64,000 bases of DNA from Anthoceros angustus (GCA_010909165.1 VJWM01000273.1:1-64000); one strand, 5' to 3'. Positions 1 to 13,980 are shown, counted from the stretch's first letter. Numbers and translations are program-made. The notes: generated by a model from the sequence alone, not told the origin.

Positions 1-6
1 ATCATG

Positions 7-3000
7 ATGTCTTCATCATCGAAAACGCCATCATGTTCAATATCATCGGTAGTTAGATGGTACTAACTTCCCGCTCGGAAAGAACAAGTGTATAATGTTC
101 TAGTGCGTAAAAAGCGATCAAGCCCATAAAGTTGTTAGGCCAAACCGTATAGTATGACAGATGAGTGGCGGGGACTGGATGAGCTTGCTAGATCTACTAT
201 CATGCTAACATTGTCAAAAACAGGTACTTCAATGTGAAAGATAAGACCACAAGTTACGTGGCGGAAGTGTGACTGTATGAGAAGCAAAGTGCGGCTCGTG
301 TATTGAAACAAGGTGGACTTGAAGATGAAGGAAGGGACGAGGATGTCCGATCATCTGAATGATTTCAATACCATTTTCAGCCAGCTCTCATCTCAAGGTA
401 TCACATTCCCAGATTCCGTGAGAGCTATGTTTCTGTTGGTCACATTACCAGAGAGTTGGGACACCTTTCGTACAGCTCTGAGTAATTCTGCCCCTGCTAG
501 TGGTCTTACCATTGTAAATGTAGAAGGTAGCCTGTTAACTGAGGAGGTGAACAGGAAAAATATGGAACCTTCCAAAGGTTCCAGTGCCCTCATAGTGAGA
601 GGGAGGTCCACTGCGAAGGGGAAGCAACCGGACAGAAGCTTCTCTCGTAAAATCTCGTAGTCGTAACAAGAATGTGGAGTGTCACTATTGTCACAAAAGG
701 GGTCACTAAAAGAGAGTGCGAGAAGTTCAAAAGGACCAAGGAAAAGAGAAGAAGCGGACGACAAGAAGGCGAGAATGTCGGTTGGAAGAGTTAAACTATT
801 GAGGACGGAGATGTCCTTATCTCTTCTTACTTGAATGCATACAATTAATGTACCGTGGATAGTCATTTATTCGCAATTGGATAATTGATTCGGTGCATCT
901 TTCCATGTTACTCCTCATAGAGTGGTTTAGCACGATGATGCTACAAGGAAAGGATGCGTTAGGCTTGGAAATAACTATGCATCGCAGCGCGAGGGTGATG
1001 TGCAACTCAAGTTTGACAACGGATCTTCATTCATGTCAAGGACGTTAGGCATGTTCCGTTGACAAAGAGCATGATTAGCGCAGATGCTTGGATGATGCGG
1101 TTACCACTGGTTTGGGGATCACTCTTGGAAGATCTCCAAAGGTTCTCTTGTGTTAGCTCGTGGATCAAGTGTGGCACTTTGTACTCACTTGTAAACATCC
1201 AAAGATCATGTGATGTGAGCAGCCCAAATGTTTCCTTGTGGCATTGCCGGTTAGGACATATGTCTCGAAGGGAATGAAGGTTTTATCTCGCTCGTTATAT
1301 CCTCGTTTAACTTCTCCGATCTCTCGATGTGTGAGCACTGCTTATATGGGAAATGCAAAAATCATCACATCGAACAAGAGGTAAAAGTAGGAGTAAACCT
1401 CTTGAGTTGGTTCACGTGATGTATGTGGACCTATGCCTCATCATCATTAGGCCTCCTATTTTGTCACTTTCATAGATGATTTCTCACGCAAGGTGTGGGT
1501 TTATCCTTTGAGGAAAAGGATGAAGTTCGACGGTGTTTGTAAATTTGTCACCCTTGTAGAGAATCCCCGCCAAAGTGTCTAAGGACGATAATGGTGGAGA
1601 GTATGTTTGCTTTCGGTCATTCCGTGATTCCAAGGGAATCAAAAGAGAATTGAGCGCCGATCTCCTCCACAAAATGGTGTGGTGAGCGGATGAATGTAAC
1701 CATTCGTGAGAGGATGCGTAGTTTGTTGTCAAACTGGATTGCCTAATGGGTTTTGTATGGTTCATCTGCAGTTCATCTTATTAATGATCTCCTAATAAGG
1801 TCATGATGAGGTGTTCCGAGGAGCTATGGTCCGAAAGAAACCATCCTACAAGCATCCGCGAGTGTTTGTGAGGCATACCGCCATGTTCCAAAAGAGTTTC
1901 GGGACAAGTTGGCACCTAAGTCCAAGAAATGTATTTTTCTTGGCTATGGTGATTCCGTGAGATGGGATACCGCTTGTGGATCCAGGCTAGAAAGGTTGTT
2001 CGACTAACGACGTGTTCTTCAATGAGAACAAGATGCACAGAAGCCTACTCCAACCGTGTGGAGGTGCGAAGGGTGATCTTCCAAGAAGATGGACATGATC
2101 ATCGGGCGTGTTGATAACCGTGGTAATGTGGTGAGCACATTCCTCCACCGAGATGAACCAAGAGTCAAACAAGCACCCATAGAGGTGCTGTGCTTTGAGG
2201 TCGAGGATTACACGACTGGCTGTGTATGATCCATCTCGATTATGTCATGATTGTGGGAACCTCTTACAAGAGGCCATGTCAATGAGCAACAAAGAGCAGG
2301 AGGGCAAAAATGAATTGTATAAGAACCAAACTTTGGGAGTTGGTTCTTGCAGGGATAAGGATCACTGCAAATGGGTATATGTTGAAGGTCATTTGATGAG
2401 ATTTCAGCTTGAAGTCAAAGTTGAATGCTCACTTTGAAATGACAGACTTGGGAGAGGCGATATATATTTGGCATGCGATTCGCGGAATGCATAAGCGCTA
2501 CTTTATTTGTCTGACTAATACATTGTGGTGCTTCAACGCTTCAACATGGAGAAGGAAACCATTGGGTACCCATTGCCCATATGAAACTTTCCGCCGGATT
2601 GCCCAAGCTCGAGGAGGACAAAGTAAATGGAGAAGGTCCCATACTCATCACCGTAGGGAGTTTGATGTATGCAATGATTGCTACACGCCCGACATTGCCT
2701 TGGTTGGAGTGGTTAGGTGTTTATGTCAAACCCCGCAAGAAGCATTGGGAGGCGAAAAGGAGTTATGAGGTATCCGAATGGTACAAAAGCTTTTGTGCAT
2801 ATGTTTTGGTAGTGAAGATGCATGTGGTTGGGTACAGATGCGATTATGCGGGGATAAAAAGGAGGTCCACATCGTGTCTTCATGTGCACGGAGGGTCATG
2901 GCGATCTCGCTTGCAATGCGCATTACGCTATCTACCAGAGGCCGAGTATGTTAAAAGAATCGAGGCTTGCAAGGAAGCCATATATGGCTTGCTCGCTTAG

Positions 3001-3230
3001 TGGGAGACTTGGGGATCAAGGTTGAGCCGCCATTGTACTGTGATAGCCAGTGCTATCCAATTGGCAAAGAATCCAAAAGGTTTCATGCTAAGACTAAACA
3101 TGTGGATGTGAAGTATCACTTCATTCGAGAGGTGTGACAAGAGGGTACAACTTGTCAAGGTTCACACCATGTAACTCCGCAGATATTCTTACCAAGGACT
3201 CACAGCAAACAAGCTCTGATAATCGATGGG
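7..3230 (+). mobile_element. Ty1/copia LTR retrotransposon gag-pol, heavily frameshifted (pseudogene)
   Basis: Domains appear in copia order. Gag N-term LDGTNF (~55-75); UBN2-type gag ORF 313-660; CCHC knuckle CHYCHKRGH (~680-720); protease WIIDS-ASFHVTPH (~879-920); GAG-pre-integrase LWHCRLGHMS (~1237-1266); integrase FIDDFSRKVWVYPL and DNGGEY (~1470-1610); RT remnants FEMTDLGEA and GSLMYAMI (2430-2690); RNase H YCDSQ...AKTKHVDVKYHFIRE (3035-3130). Confidence 0.93.
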
Positions 3231-3267
3231 CATGAGATAGTCCATTCTACGAAGTAAATTGGCCTTT

Positions 3268-3400
3268 AAGTGGGAGGTTGTAAGGGTATTAAAGTCAATG
3301 TACTTAGACTAATACACTTAGTCTGCTAGGTGTCGCTTAAGTATCATTAGTTTAGTCAATCACAGAAGCTTCTTGTGCTCCTTCCTAGGCTTTGACCTTC
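3268..3400 (+). mobile_element. Copia polypurine tract and start of 3' LTR, interrupted by the gypsy element
   Basis: AAGTGGGAGG (3268-3277) follows the RNase H end, then TGTAAGGG starts at 3279. Gypsy LTR sequence takes over at ~3415. Confidence 0.6.
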
Positions 3401-3414
3401 AGAAGCCCATTGGA

Positions 3415-3850
3415 GGTGGAACGAAAGTTTGGGCAACCAGCCCAAAAGAGCCCAAGACGAACAAGTTTGATTTTTTTTGGCTAGAACGATTGAAGAGGAG
3501 CATGCCAAGAAATTTTCCGAGAATCTTGAAGCGGAGTTGTAGGATATTGTTAGGAAGGCGAAGAGGATATCCCAGAAGAAGAACGGGTCGAAACGACTTT
3601 AAGGCGAGGCAACCGAAAGGTTGGTAGGTCGGCATCATCACCGTAGGTCGCCACCACGTAGGCCGAGCGAGACAAGCCGCATCACTATGACAATCTCGCC
3701 AAAAAGGAAATTAGAATAGAGGGGATATCCACTATATATGCTCACCAATAGGGAATAAATATATAGAGTAATTAGAAGGTAATTAATTAGGATAGGAAAA
3801 TAGGTAAATAGATTGAATTAGGATTTTGAACCAATCTAGGGTTGGGCGTG
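3415..3850 (+). repeat. Gypsy LTR copy A (right boundary approximate)
   Basis: GTGGAAC..AAAGTTTGGGCAACCAGCCCAAAAGAGCC...ACAATCTCGCCAAAAAGGAAATTAGAATAG...CACTATATATGCTCACCAATAGGGAATAAATATATAGAG is colinear with 16791-17290. It contains TATA-like and AATAAA motifs. Confidence 0.75.
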
Positions 3851-4149
3851 GCGACATCCAAAGAGGGCAAAGTGCTTTGGGGCGCAACTTCCTTCGAAGA
3901 ACTACTAGAGATCGAGCCGGAGCGTACAGGAGAAGGAAGGAGGAGGAAGGAGGTCGCCATCGCCATCGCTGCCGCCATCGCCAAGAGGAAGCAAGAGGAG
4001 GAGGAAGGAGGAGGAAGGAGGAGGAGGAAGGAGGAGGAGGAGGAAGGAGGAGGAAGGAGGAGGAGGAAGGAGGAGGAAGGAGGAGGAGGAGGAAGGAGGA
4101 GGAAGGAGGAGGAAGAGAGAACGCCACAGCGCCGCCCGGAGAGAAATCA

Positions 4150-5900
4150 AGGGAAATTGGCGCGCCAAGGCGACTGTGGCTAACGTGCAGTCAGTGGGTG
4201 TTGCCCAAGGACAAGAAGGAGTGGAGTGAAGTTGAGCACACAACGCTAATTGAAGTAATTCTCCTTGAAGTAAGGAAGGTGCCATGCCCATGCCTGGAAA
4301 GGCAAGGAAGGAGCCCCGCCAAGGCTCCTCGCGAGGAGGAGGAAGGAGAAAGAAGCAGCAGAGGGCGCGCCGGGGATGAGGTGATGCCCCAATTCACTTT
4401 TGCAGCTCAACCCCAGATTTGGATTTTGGGGCAAGAGGAGGAGAACATCCACTAGATGGGTGTATGGCCGCCTACACCAATTTGGAATTGATTGAGGAGT
4501 GTTACATCAACCTCCATCAATCGGGCAGCCTCGCTCCGAAAGGAATGCTCGGATCCCCGCTGGACCGTAAGGAGCATTCGGCGGTGTGAGACCGGAGGAG
4601 AGCTCGAATTGCTCTCTCGAAAGGTCGAATGGAGGAAGAGGACAGCCTCTCCGACATCCCGCAGGAGTTCTCGACATGATGGATGGAGGAGGAAGGCCCA
4701 CGCCAAGAATGGCGGAAGACCGAGAGCATCAAGGAGTCAAGTGGAGGCTCAAAGATTGTGCTGGGGTTGGTAAATTACCAACTCTTATTTCAAAGACCAA
4801 CTTCCTCCAATTTTTGTGGAAGATTTCCATGGGAGCCAAGCCGATTGGGGACTATCATGTATGAGGCCTACATCCACCATCGAGAGAAGCTCCTCAAGCC
4901 AAATTCGTGGATGAGGAAGGCCAAGGCCCCGCTACCTTAGCACCTATTTGGTGCATTTATGGGAAACCGAGGGACTTCACAAGCAAGGAGCTTGAAGATG
5001 CATGGCATCCCTTTGAGGTCATCCATCTCCACCGAGGTTGGAAAGGCCTTTGCCTTTGCATTGAGGAAGACGGTGGGAGGTCGACTCCACAAGCATGCTA
5101 GAAGCAAGAGGAGAAGATGGAGGCAACAAGGTTGCCGAGTGGGAATCTTTCCCTGTGAGCAAGCAAGGGAGAAGAAGAACCGCCGAGGAAGGCCGAATGG
5201 TGGTCTATGAGAGAAGGACCACAGTGAGGGGTGACCCCGAGAGTGGGGAGTCCCCACCATCTCCTTTGTGCCTACGAGAGGCACCGGCACCACCCAGGGA
5301 GGCGCCACCCAAGGGGGCATCAGGTAGGGCACCACCATGGTAGGTAGGCGATCACAGGGGGGAGTCCCCACCATCTCCGCTGGTGGGAGGTCGACTCCAC
5401 AAGCATGCTAGAAGCAAGAGGAGGAGGAGGAAGGAGAAGAACGCGAGAGCCGGGCGGCGCCGAGGCCACCATCTCCGCTACTGGGTGGGAGAGCGGATGG
5501 AGCGACGGAAGGAGGAGGAAGGCCCACGCCAAGAATGGCCGGAGGAAGGAGAGCTGGAAATTTCCAAAGAAGAAGAAGAGGGGTGGAATTAGGACCCCTA
5601 GGAGAATTGTCGCTTGTGAAGCACTCACCGTGGATTTGAAGGGGCTAGGGACTAGCAGCCTCCTTGTGGGCATGCCAAGAGGAAGTGAAATCTCAAGACA
5701 TGGCCGGAGGAAGGCAGGGACCAAATGGCAATTGGAGGCCATGGAGTCCGACGAAAAGGCAGCCAAATTGGAAAAGGTCAGGAGAAGCTCCAACGCGACC
5801 ATGGAGGCAAGAGGAGAAGGTCCTGAGGAAGGAGAAGAAGAAAGAGCCATTCGGCAACAACCCAAAGGATTCATGGAGGATGAAGGAAGACCGAGAGCAT
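4150..5900 (+). pseudogene. Retroelement extra ORF remnant upstream of gag, copy A
   Basis: Fragmented frames read ENIH.DGCMAA..TNLELIEECYINLHQS and DWGTIMYEAYIHHREKLLKPNSWMRKAK..YLSTYLVHLWE. The same text recurs at 17980-19500, and a cleaner homolog lies at 63770-64000. Confidence 0.6.
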
Positions 5901-6436
5901 CAAGGAGGTCGACTCCACAAGCATGCTAGAAGCAAGAGGAAGTGAGGGAGGATGCTTTAGAAGAAACCCGGATTCAGTGAACTCGTAAAAGAAGGAGAAG
6001 ATGGAGGAAGGAAGACCGAGAGACTATCGTGGACGGGATTTTGGTTCTTCTATATGATAGTACCTAGACTTTCCAGGAAGCTAGGCTGAGATGGATGGAG
6101 GAGGAGGAGGAGGAGGAGGAGAATGTGACCTCCATGTCAAGGTGGGGAATTGACCACCTCAAGGGAGAAGGTCAAGAAGTACCTTCACTGGTAGTTGTTT
6201 GCGAGGACGCAAACAGTGAGGTGGGGAGTATGTGGAACGAAAAGTTTGGGCAACCAGCCCAAAAGAGCCAAGACAACAAGTTTGATTTTTTGGCTAGAAC
6301 GATTGAAGAGGAGCATTTTGCCCAATTAGAGCAAGAGCGAAGGGCAAAACAGAGGCTCTAGGAAGGAGAAGGTAGCGGTCCAAAGAATGGATGGAGGAAG
6401 GGAAGGAGAAGCTCCTCAAGCCATCAAAATCCGGAC

Positions 6437-6510
6437 ATGAAGAAGAAGAAGAAGAAGAAGAAGAAGAAGAAGAAGAAGAAGAAGAAGAAGAAGAAGAAGA
6501 AGAAGAAGAA
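6437..6510 (+). repeat. (GAA)n microsatellite
   Basis: About 25 perfect GAA units; source of the poly-K, poly-E and poly-S ORFs. Confidence 0.95.
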
Positions 6511-9399
6511 GGTGGAGGTCGACTCCACAAGCATGCTAGAAGCAAGAGGAGAAGCTCCTCAAGCCAAATTGGAACAAAGGAGGTCCAGAGGAGGAGCGCC
6601 ACAAGAAGGTGGAGGAGGAGGAGGAGGAGGAAGGGATTTTGGATTATGCCCTTCGTGCAAAATTGGCCAACCAGGAAGTGAGGGAGGAGAATGTGACCTC
6701 CATGTCAAGGTGGGGAATTGACCACCTCAAGGGACGCCTACAAAGGTAGGTGTGAAGATGGAGAGTGGCCCACGAGATTGATGATCTCCAAATGCAATAT
6801 CATAGCTTGGGGCTCACCTCCACAATAGAATTTTGAAGGCCAACAATGAGATCTTGCGTTGGCCAAGAGGAGGACATTGGGTCCTCATGATGATGACAAA
6901 GGAGGTCCAGAGGAGGAGCCACAAGAAGGTGGAGGCCTCCGATTTTGATGAGGCCATCAAATGGACTCCGAGGAACTGAGGAGTCGAGATGAGGAAGGAG
7001 CGCCAAAGGTAGAAGGTGGCGCAGAGAGCAAGGAGGGGGAAAGCCCACCTCCCCGGGGGTCAACCTACCACTGGGGTGACCACCACCACGTAGTCCGCCG
7101 ACTACCATGGTAGGTGACCCACCACGTAGTCCGCCGACTACCATGGTAGGTGTGAAGATGGAGGAAGAGGATGAGGAGCATTTTGCCCAATTAGAGCAAG
7201 AGGAGAGGAAGGAGCCGGGGTCCGAGTATACCCCTAGGAGCTGGGTGGTGGGAGAGACAACCCCACCGGAGGAGACTAAGGACGGGTCCGACCACGAGGA
7301 AGGAGAAGGAGAAGGAGAAGCTCCTCAAGCCAAATTGGAAAAGGTCAGGAGAAGCAAGAGGAGGAGGAGGAGTCCAACGCAAAAGGGCCCGAGAGTTAGC
7401 ATCACCGACATTGGGGAAGATCTTGAAGATGCTCATGATAGGTATGGACAAACCAAACAAGAGGAAGGAGAAGGAGAAGCTCCTCAAGCCAAATTGGAAA
7501 AGGTCAGGAGAAGCAAGAGGAGAAGAAGGAAGGAAGGCCGACTACCATGGTAGTCCCCACCCCGTAGTCCGCCGACTACCGCGTAGGGTGCGATGAACGC
7601 GACCAGCGGAGCGGAGAAGGAGAAGGAGGGCGAGGAGGAGGAGGAGGAGGAGGAGGAGGAGGAGCATTTTGCCCAATTAGAGCAAGAGGAGAAGATGGAG
7701 GAAGGGCAAGATTGTACTTGCCCCACACATTAGGAAGGCGACAAGATCCGGGAAGGGCAAGAGCAAAAGGAGGGCGAGGGAGCCAATCCACAAGCAAGAG
7801 GAGAAGAAGAACAAGAATGGTCAATGACCATAAATGCTAGAAGCAAGAGGAGAAGATGAGTAGAGGATTAGAGGTGTAGGTGTTAGTGGAAGGCCTCCTA
7901 TAAGAGGAGGAGAAGAGTGGTCTTAGGTGAAGTTACTAGAATAGAATTTACCAAGGATCGCATAATAGATTTAGGTGCCGACATTAAATGTCATGTAGGA
8001 AATAATAGAAATTGGAAAAGGTGACCGCAGAGGGTCACCCAAGGGAGGTTGTATGTGGAAGGCCTCCTATAAGAGGAGGAGGATTTCACAAAGTAAAGTA
8101 TCATGTCTTGCGCCCACGCCATCGAGTCCTTTGCCATTACAGAGGAATTTCGTGCCCGTGAGCCAACACATCTGCAGAGAGGAAGTCGCGTGGTCTGAGT
8201 GTTGGTGGAGGACTTGCTCGCAAGTGCCTAAACGAGTTGCTCCCTTGTGAATGGTTGTTGTGAAATTGCTTTGCTTTGGGTGTGTGGCAAATGCCTGTGG
8301 AGAAGAGTGGTCTTAGGTGAAGTTACTAGAATAGAATTGGAAAAGGTGACCGCAGAGGGTCACCCAAGGGAGGTTGTCAAACTCATAGCAACCGCCCAAG
8401 GAAGAACTTGCTGGTGGAGGCGGACCCTGTGCCAGCCGTAAGGGCGAGTCGAAACCAAGAAGCCCGAATCGAGGTTAGAATAGGAGGAAGAGGATGAGGA
8501 GATGAGAAGATGAGTAGAGGATTAGAGGTGTAGGTGTTAGTGGAAGGCCACAGAGCCTAAGGGACGAATCCCAACTGCAAGTAAAAGAGCGCCCCGAGTG
8601 GAGAAGAGTGGTCTTAGAAGTAGGGACGAAATCGCGTGTGAACTGGGGGTCCCCGGCGCCCGTGGTAGGCTCCTCGCCAGAAGGTGACCGCAATTGTGTT
8701 GTGTCGTTGTAGGTCGAGGATTGGCGATTTTCAAGCAAGGAGGAGGAGGAAGAGGAGGAGGAGGAGGAAGGGCGCCTTGCTTGTGGGCATGCCAAGAGGA
8801 GGAGGAAGGAGGTCCAGAGGAGGAAGAGGCGAGATCACAAGGCCTCGAACTTTCACACAAGTCTCATGGGACGAAACCCAACGACGACAAAGGGATAAGT
8901 GTGGCCGCTTATAGTGGGAGGACCTGGGAGTGCCCCCTACCACATTTTTGGCGCTGTCGGGATTTGTTGTTGAAAGGTTGAAGTTTTGTGGTTTCCATCG
9001 CTAGGTCACGTTTTGAGAAGGGACCGAGGGTCACCATAGGTGAGAAGAAGGAATTTCACGCCTAAGTTGTCATAGGGGTGAATGGTTGAGACACTAAAGG
9101 GTGTGATTTGCTTCCTTCTTAACACCGTGGGTTGGAGGACATGAGGATGGTTGCGTATGTCGTAGGGTCGATCTAGAGATACACGCGAAGGTCACCACCA
9201 CCACCGCAAGAGATTTACGAGCGGATGGAGAAGGAGGAGGAGGAAGAGACCGCCACCGCCGCCACTCGAGGGCAGCAGGAGGAGGAAGGAGGAGGAGGAG
9301 GAGGAAGAGGATGAGGAGAAGGAGGAGGAAGAGGATGAGGAAGGAGGAGGAAGAGGCGAGATCACCGACCGAGAGGAAGGAGGTCGAGAAGAGAAGGTG

Positions 9400-11200
9400 T
9401 TAGTGGAAGGCCTCCTATAAGAGGAGGAAGGGCGCCTCCGAGCACGAGCCACAACCGCCGCGAACGCCCGCGACGCTTTGCTTCTCAAAGCGTGATACCA
9501 CCTCAATCAATGAGGGCGACTTACCAACCGAATCGACTGACGACGAGGTCGCCGAGCGGGAATTTCGTTGGTCGGAGGATTTGGCGAACGACTGATCGAA
9601 TCGATCGATTGATCTTTGGGACGAACTAGGGAGGTCGCTACTCCTCAGAAGATTTCGCTCAAGGATCCCGATTGTCGTTTCGGCGAGAGAGTGTTGGTCC
9701 AGCGGACGCCGACGAGCAACATGAGTGGAGTTGGTGGAGGAGGAGGACCGCCTCTTAGTCGCCAAGAATACGCCAAATTCGCGAAGAAGAAGGGAGATGA
9801 CGCGAGGCGCTTGTAAGAACTTTGAGCACGCCTCCCACGCTAATTTGGAGGATGGAGTCGCCGATCGATCACGATCTTTCCGGATCGCCGAGAGGGCATG
9901 CCAAGAGGAGGAAGAGGATGAGGAATCGAGAAGGCCGAGGAGGAGGAGGAAGGAGGAGGAGGAAGGGCAAGAGGAGGACATTGGGTCCTCATGATGATGA
10001 AAAGGCAGCCTTCTTGAATCGGTTCGAGGGCTCACGCACACCACACTTTGGCAAAGTTGAGAACCCTCAGGAAGAAACGAGAATCTTGTTCGATTATGTG
10101 GAGAGGTTTTATGGATATCCGGATCGAGTTCAAATGTGCACCCGAGAGGCCGGAGATCCACCCACTGGTACTCACAAGAGCAAGCGTTGGATTGGTTTGT
10201 GAGTGGCTTGTCTCGAAAATGGAGGTACACCGCAGCGTGACGAAGACGCTAAGGGGCCTCCGCTTAGCCGAGGAATGGGAGTCCGCCGAGTTGGGAGGAG
10301 GAGAAGAAGAGGCGAAGTCATAAGAAGAGGAAAGGATCGAGGAGATCTAGCTCCTCGCCTTCCTCTCCTCCTCCTCCTCCTCGCCCCTCATCGAAGTGAG
10401 GACAATGGAACTCAAGAAAGCTCCACATCGGATGAGGAATCGAGAAGGCCTACGAACGACGAATGAAGAAGGACCCGGAGAAGGTCAAAACGACAAGAGG
10501 AGGAGGAAGGAGGAGGAGAAGGAGAGGAAGGGAAGACGGTCCGGATGGAGAAGGGAGAAACGTCGCAGCAGGAGGAGGAGGGATTGGACAAGTGGAGGCT
10601 TTGACCAAGATTGACCGAGTTAGAGGTCAAGGCGTGAAGAATCAAGCTCCACGAAGATCTCCTCACCAGGCGCTTGGTGTATTGCTCAATTTGTCATCAA
10701 ACGGGACACACCAACCGAATGTATTCGCACCACGACATGCGTAAATCATGTGGAAACCGCCATGCCGGAGATTATTGGTATGTGGAAGGCCTCCTATAAG
10801 AGGAGGAGGAAGGAGGTCGCCACCTCAATCAATGAGGGCGACTTACCAACCGACTACACCGCCTCAAGGTATGGATCACCGACATCGCCGGACAATGGAG
10901 ACCGATCCATCAGAGGCCGGAGATTATTGGTATGTGGAAGGCCTCCTATAAGAGGAGGAGGAAGGAGGTCGCCACACCACACTACTCAAACGAATGCCCG
11001 TAACCACGAAGCAAGTGGTTATGTACCCTTTGCTGTATGTAAGGAATTGGGACATAAAATGGGGGATCCCATGTGTACGGGTGGCGCGAGTGACACCAGA
11101 CAAGGAGGGATCATGGAGAAGGAGGAGGAAGAGGATGAGGAATCGAGAAGGCCTACGAACGACGAATGAAGAAGGAGAGGAAGGAGGAGGAAGAGGATGA
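9400..11200 (+). pseudogene. Gypsy gag remnant with two zinc-knuckle-like motifs
   Basis: FGKVENPQEE..DYVERF (~10045-10110), HYSNECP (~10978-11000) and FAVCKELGHKMGDPMC (~11030-11077), interleaved with purine-rich filler. Confidence 0.55.
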
Positions 11201-11989
11201 GAAGATGAGTAGAGGATTAGAGGTGTAGGTGTTAGTGGAAGGCCTCCTATAAGAGGAGGAGGAGGAGAAGGAGAGATGAGAAGATGAGTAGAGGATTAGA
11301 GGTGTAGGTGTTAGTGGAAGGCCTCCTATAAGAGGAGGAGGAAGGAGGAGGAGGAAGGAGGAGGAGGAGGAGGAGGAGGAGGAAGGTGAGGGACGACTCA
11401 CCATGGCCTCCGAGCACGCCTCCCACGCTAATTTGGAGGATGAAGGAGAGGAAGGAGGAGGACCGCCCAAGGAAGAACTTTGAGCACGCCTCCCACGCTA
11501 ATTTGGAGGATGGAGTCGCCGATCGATTGATCTTTGGGACGAAACCCAACGACGCGAGGAAGGGAGGAACGAACCGCTTCCTCCCGACATTAGCCGAGAA
11601 GAAGGAGAGATGAGAAGATGAGCTAAACAGCTCACCGATGGAGAAGGAGAGATGAGAAGATGAGTAGAGGATTAGAGGTGTAGGTGTTAGTGGAAGGCCT
11701 CCTATAAGAGGAGGAGGGATCATGGAATCGAACTTTACCAATAAGGTCGGAGTCGACCAGCTGTGGCTGCAAGCGGGAGGAAACCTTGTCGATAAAATTC
11801 CGGCCACGACGCATTACTTGACCGCGAATTTGTGGTCACTGAGATGCTTGCTATGTGAGTCCGAGATCCCGCAAAATTGTGAAGGAGGCGATCGGGAATC
11901 AAGGAGGAGGAAGGTGAGGGACGACTCACCATGGAGGTAAATGTGGTCGAACTCATTGATTTGGGGCACCCGAGATTGAGGTTGAGATT

Positions 11990-13980
11990 GCGGGTGTTTG
12001 GTGCCCGACGTGCCATTAGATTCGGATCGGAGTCAACTTGATGACGGAGGAGACTCATCAACTTGGGTTCACCGAGTTTCACCCGCCCGAGTATTTTTAC
12101 GGATGGCCGACTGCATGGAGAAGGAGGAGGAGGAGGAAGAGGATGAGGCCCATAGAGAAGGAGGAAGGTGAGGGACGACTCACCTTCCATCTTACCTACA
12201 TTGTGATGCGCCGGTTTTGATTTAGGCTATAAGGTTTTGATAGGTAGGCCTTGGTTGTATGGTACGCGGTGTTTTTGATTTTGGTCGAGTGGCATCACCT
12301 TCAAGTCCAGAAACGGACTGCGCGATTGCTTTTGTGTCATGGAGCAAGGCTCCTTATGAGGGGAGTCCGCAACCACCGACTGCACACCCTGTAGCACGGG
12401 GTAAGCTCCTGCAAAGGATCGAGCATATCGGGGTCCTCACGAGGTCAAATAAAGAGTGATTTGGTGTATGCCTGCTTACATATAGAGGAAGGAGGAGAAG
12501 AGTCCGAGGATGAGGCCCATAGAGAAGGAGTAGCCTTTTGGAAGGGTAAGGCTTATGATCGAGATTTTCCTAAGAGGGATCCGAACCAAGATAGGTAGCA
12601 AAGGAACTATGTAGATCCCGCAAAATTGTGAAGGAGAGAAGACCTAGAGTTAGAACCTAGCAAGGTAGTCAAGATTTCTAAGTACCTAGGCGATAGAAAA
12701 GAAGAGTTTCAGAGGGTGCTTAGAGTATGTCGATGTGTTTGCCTTCAAGATTACCGACATGACAGGATACCGAAGAACTGGGATACATCGAATCGATTTG
12801 AAGGAGGGCAAGACTCAAGGATCAAGCAATACAGCCGAATCCCAAGTATTCCATGGTTGTTAAGGATCACCGACCAATACTTGGAGGTGATTTATCCGGC
12901 TCACCAAGGAGTGGGTCGCCCATCGTAATTGTACCAAGAAGCAGGAAAGGTTCGGTGTGTCAAGATTTCGTGAAACTCAATGAAGCAACGAAGAAGGATC
13001 ATCACCCTTTACCTTTCATGGACAGTGTGACAAGAGCTGACATGAGATGTACAGCTTGATGTATTCGGTACAATCAAATTTCGGAAGGAGGATCGACAAG
13101 ACAACGCTCACACGGATTGGGGAACTTACGCTATTCAAGCTCCCTTCGGGTTGTGCAATGCCCCGCCACTTTCAACGGTGGTGAACGCGATATTCCGAGA
13201 TTTTCCGAGAAGTTCATGGAGGTATTCCTAGATGATTTCGTGTTTGGAGAAGGAACTTGCATTTAGACCATTTGAGGCAATGTTAAATGCGTGAGTCGAA
13301 CATGAAACTTCATCCGTGGAAGTGTTATTTTGGTATGACGGAGGTATTCTATTAGCACATCGAGTTTCGACGAGGAGTTGGTGGAGGAGGAGGAGGAGGA
13401 GGAGGAGGAGGAGGAGGAAGGAGGAGAAGGAGTAGCCTTTTGAAGGAGGAGGAGGAGGAGAAGAAGGATCATCAAGGATTTCGCCAAGAAGGCGCCTTGT
13501 TGACACAATTGACCAAGAAGGATCATCACCCTTTACCTTTCATGGAGAAGGAGGAGAAGAAGGATCATCACCCTTTACCTTTCATGGAGAAGGAGTAGCC
13601 TTTTGAAGGAGGAGAAGAAGGATCATCACCCTTTACCTTTCATGGAGGAGGAGAAGCCGCTTCATGTATACGTGATGTGTCCGCTATGCCATTGGGGACC
13701 GCCTTTAAGCCGATGAGAAGAAACGGATCATCCGATTTTCTATGCGGTAGACACAGATGCCGAAAAGAACTACTCAACCACGGAGCGGAGGGTCTTGGTA
13801 TCATTTACTCGTAAGAAGTTTAGACACTATCCGCTTGCTTGCAAGGTGACGCTTCATGTTGACCATTTTGCTGAAGTATCTTGTCAACAAGCCGATTTGT
13901 CGTGAAGGATTGCCGTGGGTACTATGCTGCAAGAGTTTGACTATGACGAGAAACTAGGCCAGGAAGCAACATCGAATGCT
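11990..13980 (+). pseudogene. Gypsy protease, reverse transcriptase and RNase H remnants
   Basis: Protease-like SGVNLMTEET..LG (~12025-12070). RT SPIVIVP...DF.KLNEATKKDHHPLPFMD (12915-13023), PFGLCNAPATFQR (~13142-13180), VFLDDF (13221-13238). RNase H FHVY, AEKNYSTTER, KKFRHY and MLQEFDY (13650-13945). Confidence 0.9.
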
